From: Takakia lepidozioides
Lineage: Eukaryota; Plantae; Bryophyta
Reading direction: 5' to 3'
Assembly (NCBI GenBank): GCA_030704615.1
Contig: CM060731.1
Coordinates: 3,968,001 to 4,032,000, forward strand
DNA length: 64,000 bases
The translations under genes were made by a program, and so were the position numbers. Positions 61,362-64,000 of this stretch are shown piece by piece (the stretch's first letter is position 1; each line of letters starts with the position of its first letter). The notes under the pieces were generated by a model. That model ran no database searches and was not told the origin of the DNA. It saw nothing but the letters and a program-made list of their open reading frames with translations.

Positions 61362-64000
61362 ATGGCAGTGCGCTGCTGTGCTCTCCTGCGGCCACTGGGA
61401 GAGCCCATACCCAAGGCCCTGTCTTCTCTTTGTGGTGAAGGGGCGGGAGGACCCATATCATGCAGCAGATTAATGGGTCGGAATGTGGAGCTGAAATGGG
61501 CACCCACCCGGGCAATGCCGGATGAGATACTGTTGCAAGTGAAGACTTCCCAGCCTCAAGGGACACCGAAGAGAGGTATGAACGTGTGACTCTTTGCGTA
61601 ATTTTGGGTCTCTAGAACGATTGGAGATTTATCCTTAACCATTTCAGGAGAAGCTGTAGCTTTTTTTTTTCTTATCAATCCAGTCCTTTTTGGGGTCTTA
61701 AAGTAATCGATAACCTTATCTCCTGAAATTTCTCAATGTTCTGATTTACCTCTCTTCTTTTCCTGCTTGGCACAAGAACGAGAGGGAGGTACGTAAGAAC
61801 CCCCCTATGGTTCAATCTATTTATACCCACCTGACATTATTATTTATTACTTAGCTGCGCATAGCCCATGTAAATCCAGCTGCAAATTCCAAGAAGTGTA
61901 GGATTGAACTCACTCCTCAATGTAGAGGGCTAGTCACCGGAGAATGTGACACATTGTTGTGGTCCTTTTGGAACAGTGCAAAGCCGCAATTGCCAGTCAC
62001 ACACAGGGATGGGTAAAGGTCCTTGAGAGATGTACTCATTGACTGTTCCCTATGAACTTTGGCGTTGAGGTACCCTCAGGCATCGTCACGCCGGATATGC
62101 CTCTCTCTCAGTCAGTTCTGGGATTTCTATCCGCCACGGTATGGATCCTCGGCCCCAAAACTTAGAACTCCATAGTGATCACGCACAGCAGCGCACGACA
62201 ATCAGATAACAGGGTATTCAGTGTCCAAATATTTGCTGGTATACATGCATACTACAAAGGACAAGAACTGCCAATTTGACATTTGTAGCTTTGATTGCAC
62301 TGGCAGTCTCGCTCTGGGCACATAGAGCGGCGGAGGGAGAGGCTAGTCCTACAGGCGATTGGGAGCTGCTAAGATTGTGTGGTTTGTTCCTTACGTGCAG
62401 GCCAATCAAGAGGCAAAGAACAACTTTTGCATGCGTTCATATCGGATCCTTTTCAGTGGTGGGACAAGAGGTCTGATAGGGTGAGGCCTTCTATTTTTGC
62501 CGAGTTATTTCTTGCTCTTGGAATATTATGTTCAAGGTCTTGTTTCTGAAGGAAGTTGGTACAATGATGTCCTTTTGTGGACTTGGACAATGTCAGTTTG
62601 GATCTTTCTCTGACCCCTCCTGCAGTGGTTGTTGTTGGATCAGGATTGTGAATCCATAGCATTGAAGTTGGTGTCCTGAAAACTGTTGCCTGTTGTGGAC
62701 CCTTGGTGATTGTTGCCTGGTCTGTATGAGGCTGTGGTGGAAAATACCTTTGCTCAGCTGCACACTCGATGTTTCCACAGAAAAGTCCTAAGTTCACCAG
62801 ACTCCAGACACAAGTGCACAAATTACGTCCTTTGGTTTGAGAATCAGTCAAATCGTTCATGGGTAAAAGCAGAGCCAGCTGCCATGTTTCAAGGTCAAGC
62901 ACAATTTGGTGATGGTTTGAGTGGCGATGTACACCTTGGAGCTCCAGGCCAAGAATTCAACAGGTATTGTCTGGATGATTCAAAGGGTTCAACTCCAAAA
63001 TAGAGAATGGGTACAGTTCTTCTCTTGAAATAGATGACTGCAGTAGATGTATCACCCTATTGCCATCGGCAAGAAGTCTGTTCACAGGGAAAGATCATCC
63101 TTTGCAGTGTTTATGAGCTTTAGGATCTGTCCTATAGTTTGTGAAGTTTTGTAGATAGGAGTTTTACGGGCTGACAAGGCAAAATTGTTTGATGGACACT
63201 AGAGTTGCAGTAAGAGTTGCAGCTCCACCATTTCCATTTCTTTTGAAAGAGGAGCCAAAGGAGGGAGTCAATGAGTTGGCTGGCACTTTTGGGGATGTGA
63301 AGCCACTTTGTAAAGCAGATCAAGTGAAAACTGCACTGCAAATTTTGTACCAGCAAGGTGTTCAAGCCAACTCCAATACTTACATAGGTATCTTGCAAGA
63401 GTGCATTGACATGAAAGACCTAGCAGGGGGAAAACAGGTACACCACCACATAATCCAAAGTTCCTTCAAACCAAGTATTTTCTTACTGAACACCCTTGTC
63501 AACATGTATGTTAAGTGTGGGAGCATTTTGGATGCATGGGATGTGTTTGACAAAATACCTGAACGAGATATGAGTACATGGAATACAATGATAGCTGGGT
63601 ATGTGAAGCATGGGTGTGGTCGGGAGGCTCTCAAGCTCTATGAGCAAATGCAATGGGAAGGGGTTATGCCAAACAGGGTCACGTTCGTTTGCATCCTCAA
63701 TGCTTGTGCCAGACTAAGAGCCCTGGAAATGGGCAAAGAGGTCCACGCTGATATCATCAAAGCTAGAGTTGTGCAAGACATTACCCTGGAGACTGCCCTT
63801 GCTGACATGTATGCCAAGTGCGGGAGCATGAAAGAAGCTCGTCAAGTCTTTGACAGTATGGCTAAAAGAAATGTAGTGTCCTGGACTGCCATGATCACAG
63901 GATATGCCCAGCATAGGTGTGGTAGTGAGGCTTTCGGGATCTACAAGCAAATGCAAGGGGAAGGGGTGACGCCCAACAGGGTCACGTTCATCTGCATTCT
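61362..64000 (+). pseudogene. PDF-motif + PLS-PPR family member: exons 61362-61575, 62401-62480, 62781-62963 and ~63159->64000. The PPR frame is open from ATG 63192 to the window end
   Basis: Exon 1 MAVRCCALLRPLGEPIPKALSSLCGE..SCSRL..VELK is homologous to the exon at 37971. Exon 2 is KEQLLHAFISDPFQWWDKRSDR and exon 3 is KSPK/SPDSRHKCTNYVLWFENQSNRSWVKAE (1-nt insertion). PLS motifs run uninterrupted from ~63370 to 64000 and are missed by the ORF track because there is no stop codon. Confidence 0.8.

Overview
Eukaryotic nuclear DNA from a land plant, most likely a non-seed plant such as a bryophyte or lycophyte. This is inferred from the PLS-class PPR expansion, a Tcn1-like chromovirus and a GNRA-capped SRP helix 8. 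Bases 1 to ~21.1 kb are a nested graveyard of transposons: LINE fragments, a CACTA element, two PHD-finger Ty3/Gypsy copies in inverted orientation, a chromodomain Ty3/Gypsy element with an extra 3' ORF, and another Gypsy integrase, interleaved with PPR pseudogene fragments. A tRNA-derived SINE and a Pol III 7SL/SRP RNA gene sit at the boundary. The gene-rich remainder holds FIE (13 exons), an F-box/PP2 gene, an MS5/SDI1-family TPR gene, delta-COP (with a U12-type intron) and EPC1/GT64. The most notable signal is a multi-copy gene family, at five loci and all apparently decayed, that the ORF track hides because it is split across small exons. Its architecture is a putative targeting-peptide exon, an OSB-type 'PDF' motif (LW.EF.SDP..WWD.R..K / ..P..PD..HK.T...LW......P.WV) split by a phase-0 intron, and a long PLS-class PPR exon. 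This would fuse an organellar ssDNA-binding motif to an RNA-editing-type PPR array. All calls come from manual reading and translation; no database searches were run.
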